Assembly (NCBI GenBank): GCA_963810295.1
Contig: CAWEMW010000004.1
Coordinates: 120,392 to 184,391 of the forward strand
Source: an uncultured Actinomycetes bacterium
GTDB taxonomy: Bacteria; Actinomycetota; Thermoleophilia; Gaiellales; Gaiellaceae
Length of the DNA: 64,000 nucleotides
Direction of reading: 5' to 3'
Both the position numbers and the translations under genes were made by a program. Of the stretch, positions 19,433-27,920 are shown piece after piece. The notes beneath the pieces are model-generated. The model was given only the letters and a program-made list of their open reading frames with translations, did not search any database and had not been told where the DNA came from. Each line of letters begins with the position of its first letter. Positions within the stretch are counted from its first letter, which is position 1.

Positions 19433-20520
19433 GCGTCCTGTCGCCTCGCGTCGGAAGAGACAGGCTCGATCCGGCGATCTTCGACCTCCCCGTCGAGAAG
19501 ATGCGCGACGGCTACTACTCGGACGCGTACTTCAACCACACGCGCGCCGCGCTCCTGCACGACGCTCGTCATCCGCGCGTCCTGATGCAGGTGTTCCAGC
19601 GCAAGCACGCGATGGTCGGTGGGATGGACGAGTCGATCGCGATCCTCGAGCTCTGCTCGCACGAGTGGGACGGTCTCACCGTCCACGCGCTGCACGACGG
19701 CGACCGGATCGAGCCGTGGGAGACGGTGATGACGGTCGAGGGCGACTACACGGCGTTCGCCCACCTCGAGACGGTCGTGCTGGGCACGCTCGCTCGCCGA
19801 ACGCTGATCGCGACGAACACGGCGCGCGTGGTGGAGGCCGCGAACGGAAAGCCCATCATCTTCATGCCCGCGCGGCACGACCACCATCGCGTGCAGACCG
19901 GCGACGGGTACGCCGCGTTCGTCGCCGGGGCCGTCCTGGGTGCCGAGATCGGCGTGACTTCGGACGCGCAGGCCTCGTGGTGGGGCGGACGGGGGCTGGG
20001 CACCGTTCCGCATTCGCTCGTCGCCGCGTACGGCGGGAATACGGTGCTCGCGGCCACGAAGTTCGCCGACTGGGCGCCCGAGGACTTCCGGATCACCGTT
20101 CTCGTCGACTTCGAGAACGACTCCGTGCGCACTGCCCTCGAGGTCGCGCGCGCACTGGGGCCGAGGCTGTGGGGCGTGCGCCTCGACACGTCGAGCCAGC
20201 TCGTCGACCGGTCGCTCTGGGGCGAGCTTGGCGATTTCGACCCTCGAGGAGTGAACGAGCGACTCGTGCGGAAGGTGCGACGGGCGCTTGACGAGGACGG
20301 CTTCGAGAGCGTGAGGATCGTCGCCTCCGGTGGATTCACGGTCGAGAAGATCGAGCAGTTCGAGCTGAACGGCGTTCCGGTCGACGCCTACGGGGTCGGC
20401 TCGTCGCTCATCCGAGGTGAGAACGACTTCACCGCGGACATCGTGATGACCGACGGGCGGCCGTCGGGCAAGGTGGGTCGTCGCTTCCGTCCGAGTGAGC
20501 GGCTCGCGCTCGTGCAGTGA
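19429..20520 (+). CDS. pncB: Nicotinate phosphoribosyltransferase (NAPRTase/QAPRTase-like type II PRTase)
   Basis: YYSDAYF, ARHDH, GTVPHS, LVDFEND, GVRLDTS, IVASGGF and YGVGSSL. GTGA overlap with the upstream gene. Confidence 0.75.
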   Translation: MSVLSPRVGRDRLDPAIFDLPVEKMRDGYYSDAYFNHTRAALLHDARHPRVLMQVFQRKHAMVGGMDESIAILELCSHEWDGLTVHALHDGDRIEPWETVMTVEGDYTAFAHLETVVLGTLARRTLIATNTARVVEAANGKPIIFMPARHDHHRVQTGDGYAAFVAGAVLGAEIGVTSDAQASWWGGRGLGTVPHSLVAAYGGNTVLAATKFADWAPEDFRITVLVDFENDSVRTALEVARALGPRLWGVRLDTSSQLVDRSLWGELGDFDPRGVNERLVRKVRRALDEDGFESVRIVASGGFTVEKIEQFELNGVPVDAYGVGSSLIRGENDFTADIVMTDGRPSGKVGRRFRPSERLALVQ

Positions 20521-20527
20521 GCACGCG

Positions 20528-21148
20528 TTGAGCGGCCGTCTCCTCTGGGACGTCGACACCCAGGTCGACTTCGTCCACGCGGACGGCAAGCTGCCGGTGC
20601 CTGACGCCGAGAGCGCCGCCCCTGGGATGGCGAAGCTCGTCCGGTGGGCCGAGGAGCGCGGCGTGATCCATCTCGCCACGGCGGACGACCACGAGCTCAC
20701 GGATCCCGAGATCGCCGACGACGCGGATTTCGTCACGACCTTTCCTCCGCACTGCCTTCGGGGCACGCCCGGGGCGGCGAAGATCCCAGAGACGGTGCAG
20801 CGCGACCCGTTCCCTGTCTCGCTCACGCCGTATCCGCCCGGCCTCGTGCCGGAGCTCGTCCGAGGTCGCCGCGAGCTTCTCGTCCTGAAGAAGACCTACA
20901 GCGCGTTCTCCAATCCGAATCTCGACGCGCTGCTCGCGGCGATCGCGCCTGACGAGGTGATCCTTTTCGGCGTCGCAACGGACGTCTGCAACCACGCCGC
21001 AGTGATGGGCTTGCTCGCACGCGGCCATGCCGTGGCCTTCGTCGAGGATGCCTCGCGCGGACTCTCGGAGGAGCGGGTTGCGGCATCGCTCGAGGAGTGG
21101 CGGGCCGGCGGCGTACGGTTCACGACGAGCGCCGAGGTGATCGGCTAG
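20528..21148 (+). CDS. pncA: Nicotinamidase/isochorismatase-family cysteine hydrolase
   Basis: DVDTQVDF, D.H, FPPHC, KKTYSAF and GVATDVC (catalytic D/K/C). TTG start assumed. Confidence 0.75.
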   Translation: MSGRLLWDVDTQVDFVHADGKLPVPDAESAAPGMAKLVRWAEERGVIHLATADDHELTDPEIADDADFVTTFPPHCLRGTPGAAKIPETVQRDPFPVSLTPYPPGLVPELVRGRRELLVLKKTYSAFSNPNLDALLAAIAPDEVILFGVATDVCNHAAVMGLLARGHAVAFVEDASRGLSEERVAASLEEWRAGGVRFTTSAEVIG

Positions 21149-21152
21149 CCGC

Positions 21153-21677
21153 GTGAACGTGCCGCCGCTCGTCACCCGTGCCTGTGCTGCAGCCGCGGAG
21201 CTCGGCTTCGACTCGAGCTGTCGTGACGCCGACGGGCGCTTGCTTCACGTTCTCGCGGGACGCCGTGGCGTCGAGCGGGCGTGCGAGATCGGGACCGGCA
21301 CGGGGGTGGGAACCGCATGGCTCGCGTCGGCCCTGCCGCCGGGCGTGCCCCTCTACACGGCCGAGCGGGACGAGACGCGCGCGGCCGCTGCCGCGGGGCT
21401 CTTCGCCGACGACCCGGACGTGCACGTCCTCGAGGGCGACTGGCGCGCAGTTCTCCCTCCGCATGGTCCGTTCGATCTCCTCTTTGTCGACGGCACGAGC
21501 GCGAAGGATGACCCGGACGCGGTGCTCGGGCTCGCCACTCCCGGCGCCACGGTCGTGGTGGACGACGTCTCGGTGGACTCACGACGGGAGCGGTGGCTCC
21601 GGCACCCGCGCGCATCCGGCGTCGAGCTCGGAACGGGTGGAAACGCCACCGTCCTCGTAGCGGTGGTCCGCCGGTAG
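21153..21677 (+). CDS. Class I SAM-dependent O-methyltransferase
   Basis: EIGTGTGVGTAW motif I, GPFDLLFVDG and VVVDD. Confidence 0.8.
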   Translation: MNVPPLVTRACAAAAELGFDSSCRDADGRLLHVLAGRRGVERACEIGTGTGVGTAWLASALPPGVPLYTAERDETRAAAAAGLFADDPDVHVLEGDWRAVLPPHGPFDLLFVDGTSAKDDPDAVLGLATPGATVVVDDVSVDSRRERWLRHPRASGVELGTGGNATVLVAVVRR

Positions 21678-21818
21678 CCCTTCCTCAGGAGGATCGTCCC
21701 AGCTGCCGAACAGCGCCTCGTGCAGGTGGACGGTCGACGGACGTGACGCGTTGCTCGATGCCGTGCTACCGCGGACAACCCGAGGCACCTCGGGTCGCCC
21801 GCGGTTCGTGCGTGCGCG

Positions 21819-22037
21819 TCAGCGGCTGCCGCCGTGCTGGACGAGCTGCGCGACCTGCCGCTCGACCATCGTCTGATCCTGACCGGACTTCTGCGCGATC
21901 GTGCGCACAAGGCTGTCCGGATCGCTCTGGACCTGCTGCAAGTCACGATCCTCGAGGTCCGGGAACTGCTGCTTCAGCTGTGACTTGATCGTCGGGAAAT
22001 CGTCCTTGAGCTGCTGTTTGAGCTGCTGGTCGAGCAT
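21819..22037 (-). CDS. Small CsbD/YjbJ-like general stress protein
   Basis: 72-aa helical Q/K/D-rich protein (KSQLKQQFPDLEDRDL...LVRTIAQKSG). GGGAGG RBS. Confidence 0.6.
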   Translation of the reverse strand: MLDQQLKQQLKDDFPTIKSQLKQQFPDLEDRDLQQVQSDPDSLVRTIAQKSGQDQTMVERQVAQLVQHGGSR

Positions 22038-22078
22038 GCGTGGCCTCCCTGGTCGTTCGTGACCTCCTCGAGAGTTCA

Positions 22079-22441
22079 CTAGCCCGATTCTCGACCTCGA
22101 AACATCCCTTCTCGGCCGTCGTCACGAGGCGGCTCGACATGCCGGGCGAGCGCCGCCAGCCGGGTGTCCCAGTCGGTCCCTACCCGCTCGAGCCACGCCG
22201 CGGCATCGCCGAGCGGCGCGGACTCCAGCTCGTAGCGCGTCTCCCGTCCCTGCCGCTCGGCGCGAACGAGACCGGCGCCGCGCAACGTCGCGAGGTGCTT
22301 CGCGACTGCCTGCCTCGTCACCGGCAGCTCGCCGGCAAGCTCCGTCTGACTCGCGCTTCCGTGCACCGCGAGGCGCTCGAGCACAAAACGGCGGCTCGGG
22401 TCGGCGAGTGCGGCGAAGACGCGGTCTACGCGTGTGTCCAC
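22079..22441 (-). CDS. ArsR/SmtB-family transcriptional regulator
   Basis: VFAALADPSRR, VTRQAVAKHL and GLVRAERQGRETRY. Confidence 0.9.
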   Translation of the reverse strand: MDTRVDRVFAALADPSRRFVLERLAVHGSASQTELAGELPVTRQAVAKHLATLRGAGLVRAERQGRETRYELESAPLGDAAAWLERVGTDWDTRLAALARHVEPPRDDGREGMFRGRESG

Positions 22442-22770
22442 GACGCGAGCGCCGTGATCTCCAGCGCAGTGCTCCAGTCCGGTGCGGTCTCGCGGACGTG
22501 CACGCTCGTTCCGCCCACCGCATCGGTGAGTGAAAGCTCCACGATCCCGTCGTCGTCCCAGCGCAGGACGAGCAGCTCCTCCTCCCGGACCGTCTCGACC
22601 GCGCCGCGGCGAACGTCACCGTCGGCCCACCGGAACTCCGCGGCGCCCCCTTCGCGAAGGTCGAGCGACACCTCGTTCGCGAACCACTCCTCCAGGCGCT
22701 CGGGGTCGGTCAACGCGTCCCACGCATCCTCGCGCGTGGTCGGCAGCACGATCTCACGCGTTATCTCCAT
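22426..22770 (-). CDS. SRPBCC/AHSA1-domain protein
   Basis: ITREIVL, WDALTDPERLEEWF and DLREGG. GGAGG RBS. Usual partner of the ArsR gene. Confidence 0.85.
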   Translation of the reverse strand: MEITREIVLPTTREDAWDALTDPERLEEWFANEVSLDLREGGAAEFRWADGDVRRGAVETVREEELLVLRWDDDGIVELSLTDAVGGTSVHVRETAPDWSTALEITALASWTHA

Positions 22771-22796
22771 GCGCAACCTCCGAGTTGCGTATAGTA

Positions 22797-22816
22797 GTGC
22801 AACCAGTTGGTTGCAC
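22797..22816. promoter_or_regulatory. Perfect palindrome, candidate ArsR operator
   Basis: GTGCAACC-AGTT-GGTTGCAC between the divergent SRPBCC-arsR and clpP genes. A weaker GCAAC-N6-GTTGC lies at 22773-22788. Confidence 0.7.
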
Positions 22817-22838
22817 GATACAGCGAATGGAGGCTGCA

Positions 22839-23453
22839 GTGCCGCTGATCCCGACCGTCGTCGAGGCTGACGGCCGCGCCGAGCGCGCCTTCGACATCTA
22901 CTCGCGCCTGCTCCGCGACCGCATCGTGTTCCTGGGCCGGCCGATCGACGAGGAGATCGCGAACCTCGTGGTCGCTCAGCTCCTCTTCCTCGCAGCCGAG
23001 GATCCTGACGCGGATGTCAGCCTCTACGTCAACTCCCCGGGTGGGGAGGTGTACGCCGGCCTTGCGATCTACGACGCGATGCAGCACATCCGCCCCGACG
23101 TGAAGACGATCTGTTACGGCATCGGCATGTCCGCGGCCGCGATGATCGTCGCCGGAGGCGCCCACGGGAAACGGCTCGCGCTTCCCCACGCGAAGCTCAT
23201 GATTCACCAGGGCTCTGCCGGCTTCCGCGGAGCACCCGCAGACGTGGCGATCGCCGCGCGCGAGATCGAGTCGACGACGCGACAGATGGCCGAGATCCTC
23301 TCGCGGCACACGGGCCGGCCCGTCGAGCGCGTGCTCGACGACATCGACCGGGATCGGTTCATGACGCCTGCGGAGGCCGTCGCCTACGGCCTTCTCGACG
23401 ACGTGCTCGAGCCGCGGCCAAACGGGGACGGCGCAGTAGCATCGCCCCCATGA
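22839..23453 (+). CDS. clpP: ATP-dependent Clp protease proteolytic subunit
   Basis: MPLIPTVVE, DIYSRLLRDRIVFL, YVNSPGG, catalytic Ser (GMSAAA), MIHQ and DRDRFM. GGAGG 5 nt before the GTG. Confidence 0.95.
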   Translation: MPLIPTVVEADGRAERAFDIYSRLLRDRIVFLGRPIDEEIANLVVAQLLFLAAEDPDADVSLYVNSPGGEVYAGLAIYDAMQHIRPDVKTICYGIGMSAAAMIVAGGAHGKRLALPHAKLMIHQGSAGFRGAPADVAIAAREIESTTRQMAEILSRHTGRPVERVLDDIDRDRFMTPAEAVAYGLLDDVLEPRPNGDGAVASPP

Positions 23454-23854
23454 AAGCGCTTGGCATCCATCACGTCGGCGTCGCCGTCGACGATCTCGAT
23501 CGCGCGCTCGGGACATATGTCGATGTCCTTGGTGCGGCGCTCGAGCATCGTGCTGAGCTCGCCGACCAGGGCGTCGCCGCCGCGTCCGTTCTCGTCGGGC
23601 CGGATCGTGTCGAGCTGCTCTCGCCGACCGGCGACGACACGCCAGTGGGGAAGTTCATCGCGAAGCGCGGCCCCGGGATGCACCACGTGGCGTACGTCGT
23701 CGACGACGTGGCAGCCGCTCTCCGAGACCTTGCGTCCGACGGAATCGAGCTGATCGACGAGACTCCGCGTCATGGGCTTTTCGGGCTCGAGGTCGCATTC
23801 ATCCATCCCGACGCCGTCCACGGCGTCCTGACCGAGGTGGTGTCCCCTGCCTGA
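23450..23854 (+). CDS. mce: Methylmalonyl-CoA epimerase (VOC family)
   Basis: IHHVGVAV, VELL.P, KRGPGMHHVAY, AFIHP and GVLTE. Confidence 0.85.
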   Translation: MKALGIHHVGVAVDDLDRALGTYVDVLGAALEHRAELADQGVAAASVLVGPDRVELLSPTGDDTPVGKFIAKRGPGMHHVAYVVDDVAAALRDLASDGIELIDETPRHGLFGLEVAFIHPDAVHGVLTEVVSPA

Positions 23855-24077
23855 CGATTCGATTCGCATCGAGCTCGCCTTTGAGGGCGGGCAGATCATC
23901 ACCGCGATGGTGTCCGTCGCGGCGGCCGACGCCGTGGAGCGGGCCGTGGCGGCCGGGTCCGGCGGCACGGTCGACATCGAGACAGACGACGGGCGCATCA
24001 CCCTCGTCGTGCCGCGCATCGCCTACCTCAAGCGGTACACGAGGGGCGCGCAGCCGGGCTTCATGGGCGCGAGCTAG
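23847..24077 (+). CDS. Small hypothetical protein (76 aa) missed by the ORF track, apparent CTG start
   Basis: Open frame (M)PDDSIRIELAFEGGQIITAMV...LVVPRIAYLKRYTRGAQPGFMGAS* with coding-like GC3. GAGGTGG lies 6 nt before the CTG, and an in-frame TGA at 23829 closes the frame upstream. Confidence 0.65.
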   Translation: MPDDSIRIELAFEGGQIITAMVSVAAADAVERAVAAGSGGTVDIETDDGRITLVVPRIAYLKRYTRGAQPGFMGAS

Positions 24078-24089
24078 AGCCGAGGCTTC

Positions 24090-24851
24090 GTGAGCTTCGC
24101 CGTCGGCGCCGACGCATACGACCGCTTCATGGGCCGGTATTCGACGCCGCTCGCCCCGACGTTCGCCGATCTTGCAGCCGTCGACGGCGGACAGCGCGTG
24201 CTGGACGTCGGCTGTGGGCCTGGCGCGCTGACCGCTGAGCTCGCGGAGCGTGTCGGGCCGAAGGCGGTGGCCGCCGTCGATCCGGCAGGCCAGTTCGTCG
24301 CTGCCCTGCGAGAGCGCCACCCGGGCGTGGAGGTCCAGCGTGCGGCCGCGGAGCAGCTGCCCTTCGACAATGGGACGTTCGACGCCACCCTGGCGCAGCT
24401 CGTCGTCCACTTCATGGCGCAGCCCGTGACCGGGCTGCGGGAGATGGCGCGCGTGACGCGCCGCGACGGCGTCGTGGCGGCATGCGTGTGGGATCACGCC
24501 GGCGGCGGCGGGCCACTCAGCGTGTTCTGGGAGGCAGTCCACGAGCTCGACGCGGATGCCGCGGACGAGTCGCAGCTTCCGGGCGCCCGCGAGGGGCATC
24601 TTGGCCAGCTCTTCCGCGAGGCGGGGTTGCTGCGCGAGGTCGAGGAGAGCTTGCTGTCGGTCGACGTCGAGCATCCGACGTTCGAGGAGTGGTGGGCGCC
24701 CTACACGCTCGGCGTCGGGCCGGCAGGCGTGTACGTCGCCGGGCTCGAGCCAGATCGGCAGGCCGAGCTCCGTCGGCGCTGCCGCGAGCTGCTGCCAGAG
24801 GCCCCGTTCGTCGTCAGCGCGCGAGCCTGGGCCGCACGAGGACTCGCCTAA
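24090..24851 (+). CDS. Class I SAM-dependent methyltransferase
   Basis: YDRFMGRYS, VLDVGCGPG, LPFDNGTFD and LREMARV. Confidence 0.9.
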   Translation: MSFAVGADAYDRFMGRYSTPLAPTFADLAAVDGGQRVLDVGCGPGALTAELAERVGPKAVAAVDPAGQFVAALRERHPGVEVQRAAAEQLPFDNGTFDATLAQLVVHFMAQPVTGLREMARVTRRDGVVAACVWDHAGGGGPLSVFWEAVHELDADAADESQLPGAREGHLGQLFREAGLLREVEESLLSVDVEHPTFEEWWAPYTLGVGPAGVYVAGLEPDRQAELRRRCRELLPEAPFVVSARAWAARGLA

Positions 24852-25005
24852 CCGACCTGCGCGTGGAGGTCGAGGGCGGCGAGCATCACGTCGGTCGTGA
24901 CCGCGGCGACCGGGAAGCGGAGGAACGATTCGACGAGCGATGCTGCCTGGATGTGGGTCAGCGCGTCGGGACGTCGTCGGGAACGGTGACGGTGATGTTC
25001 CTCAC
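24848..25005 (-). pseudogene. Collapsed vapBC-type toxin-antitoxin relic
   Basis: GTG-started MRNITVTVPDDV (RHH antitoxin-like N-terminus) joins out of frame to DALTHIQAASLVESFLRFPVAAVTTDVMLAAL (PIN toxin-like middle segment). Confidence 0.55.
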
Positions 25006-25052
25006 ATTTTCACAGTGCTCGGCTTGCCCGCGATGGTGATTACGCTGCCGCG

Positions 25053-25991
25053 ATGGCGCTCGAGGTCGGGATCGTGGGTCTGCCGAACAGCGGCAAGACG
25101 ACGCTCTTCAACGCGCTCACGCGCGCGGGCGCGGAGATCACTGCGTACGCGTCCGTGACCGACAAGCCGAACGTCGGCATGGCGACGATCGCCGACGACC
25201 GACTCGGACGGCTGGCGGCGCTCGTCGAGGCGAAGAAGGTCACGCCGGCGGCGGTTCGGGTCGTCGACGTGCCGGGCACCGGCCCGCAGCTGCTCGGCAA
25301 CCTCCGCCAGGTCGACGCGATCCTCGCCGTGCTCGACGGCTTCTCCTCGGATGCGACACCCGCGGACGACCTCGAGACCCTGAAGCTCGAGCTCCTCGTC
25401 GCCGACCGCGACCACGTCGAGCGCCGGCACGAGCGCGTCGCGAAGGAGGCGAAGTCGGGCGACCCGGCCAAGCGGACCGAGCTCGAGACGCTGACGGCGC
25501 TCCTTGCGCATCTCGACTCCGGGCGGACGCTCGCCGACTGGCCGGGCGAGCTCCCTCCCGAGCTCGATCCACTGACGACGAAGCCGCTCCTCGCCGTCGA
25601 GAACGGCCCCAGGGGCATCGACTGCAAGCTCGAGGCGGAGCTCGCCGAGCTCGACGACGAGGAGGCGGGAGAGTTCCGCGACGGGCCCTCGGCGCTCGAC
25701 GAGGTCGTGCGCAGGCTGTCGGAGGCGCTCGGCCTGATCACGTTCTTCACGGCCGGGGACAAGGAGACCCGCGCGTGGACGCTGCGTGACGGGCAAACCG
25801 CCCTCGACGCCGCTGCCACGATCCACACCGACATCGCGCGCGGCTTCATTCGCTGCGAGGTGATCGCCACCGATGACCTCCTCGCTGCCGGCTCGCACGC
25901 CGAGGCAGCGAAGCGCGGCACGCAGCGCCTCGAGGGCAAGACGTACGTCGTCCAGGAAGGCGACGTCCTGAACGTCCGCTTCAACGTCTGA
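25053..25991 (+). CDS. ychF: Obg-family ATPase YchF (short form)
   Basis: VGIVGLPNSGKTTLFNALT, VDVPG, LITFFTAG, AATIHTDIARGFI and GKTYVVQEGDV. Confidence 0.9.
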   Translation: MALEVGIVGLPNSGKTTLFNALTRAGAEITAYASVTDKPNVGMATIADDRLGRLAALVEAKKVTPAAVRVVDVPGTGPQLLGNLRQVDAILAVLDGFSSDATPADDLETLKLELLVADRDHVERRHERVAKEAKSGDPAKRTELETLTALLAHLDSGRTLADWPGELPPELDPLTTKPLLAVENGPRGIDCKLEAELAELDDEEAGEFRDGPSALDEVVRRLSEALGLITFFTAGDKETRAWTLRDGQTALDAAATIHTDIARGFIRCEVIATDDLLAAGSHAEAAKRGTQRLEGKTYVVQEGDVLNVRFNV

Positions 25992-26028
25992 GGCGGAGGG
26001 GAGAGCCGTCTCCGGCCCCCCCTCCGCC
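25992..26028. terminator. Hairpin between convergent ychF and protease genes
   Basis: GGCGGAGGGG ... CCCCTCCGCC, 10-bp stem. Confidence 0.55.
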
Positions 26029-26032
26029 GGGC

Positions 26033-26986
26033 TCACGCGCGCTTCGAGCGCCAGTGCGCGTACTGCTTCTGCATGCGCTCGGTCTGCCCCGGCGTGAACT
26101 CCGTGTAGCAGACGTCGTCCGAGTAGTCCATGTAGTTGTGAATCGGGTCGAGACCCGGCTTCCTCGGGCACGAGTCCTTCCCCGGGGGGCAGCCCGACGT
26201 CGGCTCGACCATGAACGGGGTGTCGTCCACGAAGTCGCCATGACCGATGCATCCCTTGACGGCGTCGTAGAACGTGTGCTCGAGACCCAGGTAGTGACCC
26301 ACCTCATGGGTGGCCGTGAAGCCGAGGTTGAAGTCCGGAATGAACCCGCCCGGGAGAGAGCCGTAGTGGAGGACGATCCCGTCGAGCGCCTCGAACTGGT
26401 TCGAGTTCGTGATCTTCGGGAAGTACGCCCAGCCGAGGAACCCGCCGCCGCTCGTCGTGTAGACGTTGAGGTCGGTCGGGCCGCCCTGCTTGAGCGTCTC
26501 CTTCATGGAGAGCTCGTCCTCGAACGTCGCCTGCTCGAACCACGCGTCGTTCTCGGTGTAGTCGAGGTCGGCCAGCGTGAAGCGGAAGCCGGTGTCGGCG
26601 CCGCCGCGGAAGCCGCTGAACGTCATGTTGAGCACCGCGATCTGCTCGTCGACGACCTGCGGCGTGACGGTTTCTGGTCCACCCGTCCCGTCGCTTGCGT
26701 AGACGACGTGGAAGTAGACCGGGATCGTCCCGGCCGTCGGCTTGCCGGGGGTCTTCTGGCCGTCCGAGCCACCGTCGTACTTGCGCGTGTTCTTCTCCGT
26801 CCGCGGTGTCGAACCGAGGCGGCGCGCGGCGCTCGGCTCGGTTAGCGCGGCGAGGCCGTCGAACACCTCGGCACCGCCGACGGTGGGCGCGGAGTCGTGC
26901 GAGCCCGCCGGAGCCGGCGAGGCGCCCGCGGCGGCGACCAGCGCCACGGCGAGCGCGAGGATCAGGCGCAGGTGCGCTCTCCTCAT
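26033..26986 (-). CDS. Secreted zinc metalloprotease, M43 (ulilysin/pappalysin) family
   Basis: Signal peptide, IPVYFHVV, HEVGHYLGLEH zinc motif, VDDTP and Met-turn NYMDYS. Confidence 0.92.
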   Translation of the reverse strand: MRRAHLRLILALAVALVAAAGASPAPAGSHDSAPTVGGAEVFDGLAALTEPSAARRLGSTPRTEKNTRKYDGGSDGQKTPGKPTAGTIPVYFHVVYASDGTGGPETVTPQVVDEQIAVLNMTFSGFRGGADTGFRFTLADLDYTENDAWFEQATFEDELSMKETLKQGGPTDLNVYTTSGGGFLGWAYFPKITNSNQFEALDGIVLHYGSLPGGFIPDFNLGFTATHEVGHYLGLEHTFYDAVKGCIGHGDFVDDTPFMVEPTSGCPPGKDSCPRKPGLDPIHNYMDYSDDVCYTEFTPGQTERMQKQYAHWRSKRA

Positions 26987-27073
26987 TCTCCCCTTTCGTC
27001 TGGGGTCGGAAGAAGGCGCGTAACCGGCGGCCGACGCTAGCCCGTTCTCTCACCGGTCAATCGACCTGGTGCG

Positions 27074-27914
27074 TCAGCCGACCGCGACGACCGCGGCACC
27101 GCCGAGGGCCAGCGCGCCGCCCGCGCGCCGTGACCGGTCGAGTCGCTCCGCGAGCAGCGCGCGGGCGAGGAGCACGGTCGTCACGGGGTACAGAGCGCTG
27201 AGCACGGCGACGATTCCGGCCGGGCCACGGGTCGTCGCGTATGCGACGAGCACGTTCGCGACCGTGTCGAAGACGCCGACCGCGACGATCGCGGGGACGA
27301 GCTTCGCGGGCGGCCGAATCGTTGCGGAGACCGACGAGCGCCGCGGCGAGCGCGAGGAGCGTGGAGGTCGCGCGCGCCGCGAGGATCGACCAGGCGACGC
27401 CTCCGTCGGACGAGGCGTCGAGGCCGACGATGAACAGGCCGAAGCCGAGCGCCGCGACGAGGGCGAGCAGCGACGCCGGCCGCGATCCCACTGCGCTTCG
27501 CGCGGCTCGGCTCGCGCGCGAGGAGGACGATGCCGAAGAGCACGACAGCGATCCCAGCCCATTGCAGGGCGCTCGGCACCACACCTCGCGTGACGTCGAC
27601 GGCCAGCGGGACGATCGGGCTTGCGGCCGAGATCGGCGCGACGATGCCCATTGCCCCGACCGCCAGACCGCGGTACAGCGCCGCAAGGCCGAGCGCCCCG
27701 GCCGCGCCCGCGCCGACCGCCGGCAGCAGATCGTCGACCGACGGCAGTGCGGCGGCGCTCGCTGATCGACCCAGATCGCCGCGCCCACCAGCCCGACGGC
27801 CTGAGAGGCGGCGAGCACGGTCAGAACGTGCGCCCGCCGCGACGCCAGCCCGCCGAGGAAGTCGCCGACGCCCCACGACGTCGCGCCCAGCAGCGCGAGG
27901 AGCGCGAAGCCCAA
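27074..27914 (-). CDS. EamA/DMT-family transporter, with three apparent frameshifts
   Basis: WGVGDFLGG, ALYRGLAVG.MGIVAPI and IVAVLSALYPVTTVLLA lie in different frames, with shifts near 27765, 27480 and 27330. Confidence 0.75.
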
Positions 27915-27920
27915 GCGCCG

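Noticed and set aside
5279-20826. Large antisense or alternate-frame ORFs (e.g. 5279-7033, 8424-10055, 13615-15789, 18712-20826)
   Set aside because: Stop-poor shadow frames typical of high-GC DNA, with no motifs, overlapping well-supported genes.
21579-21788. Short minus-strand ORF containing VHLHEALFGSWDDPPEEG
   Set aside because: It overlaps the methyltransferase 3' end, has no recognisable family and no clear RBS.
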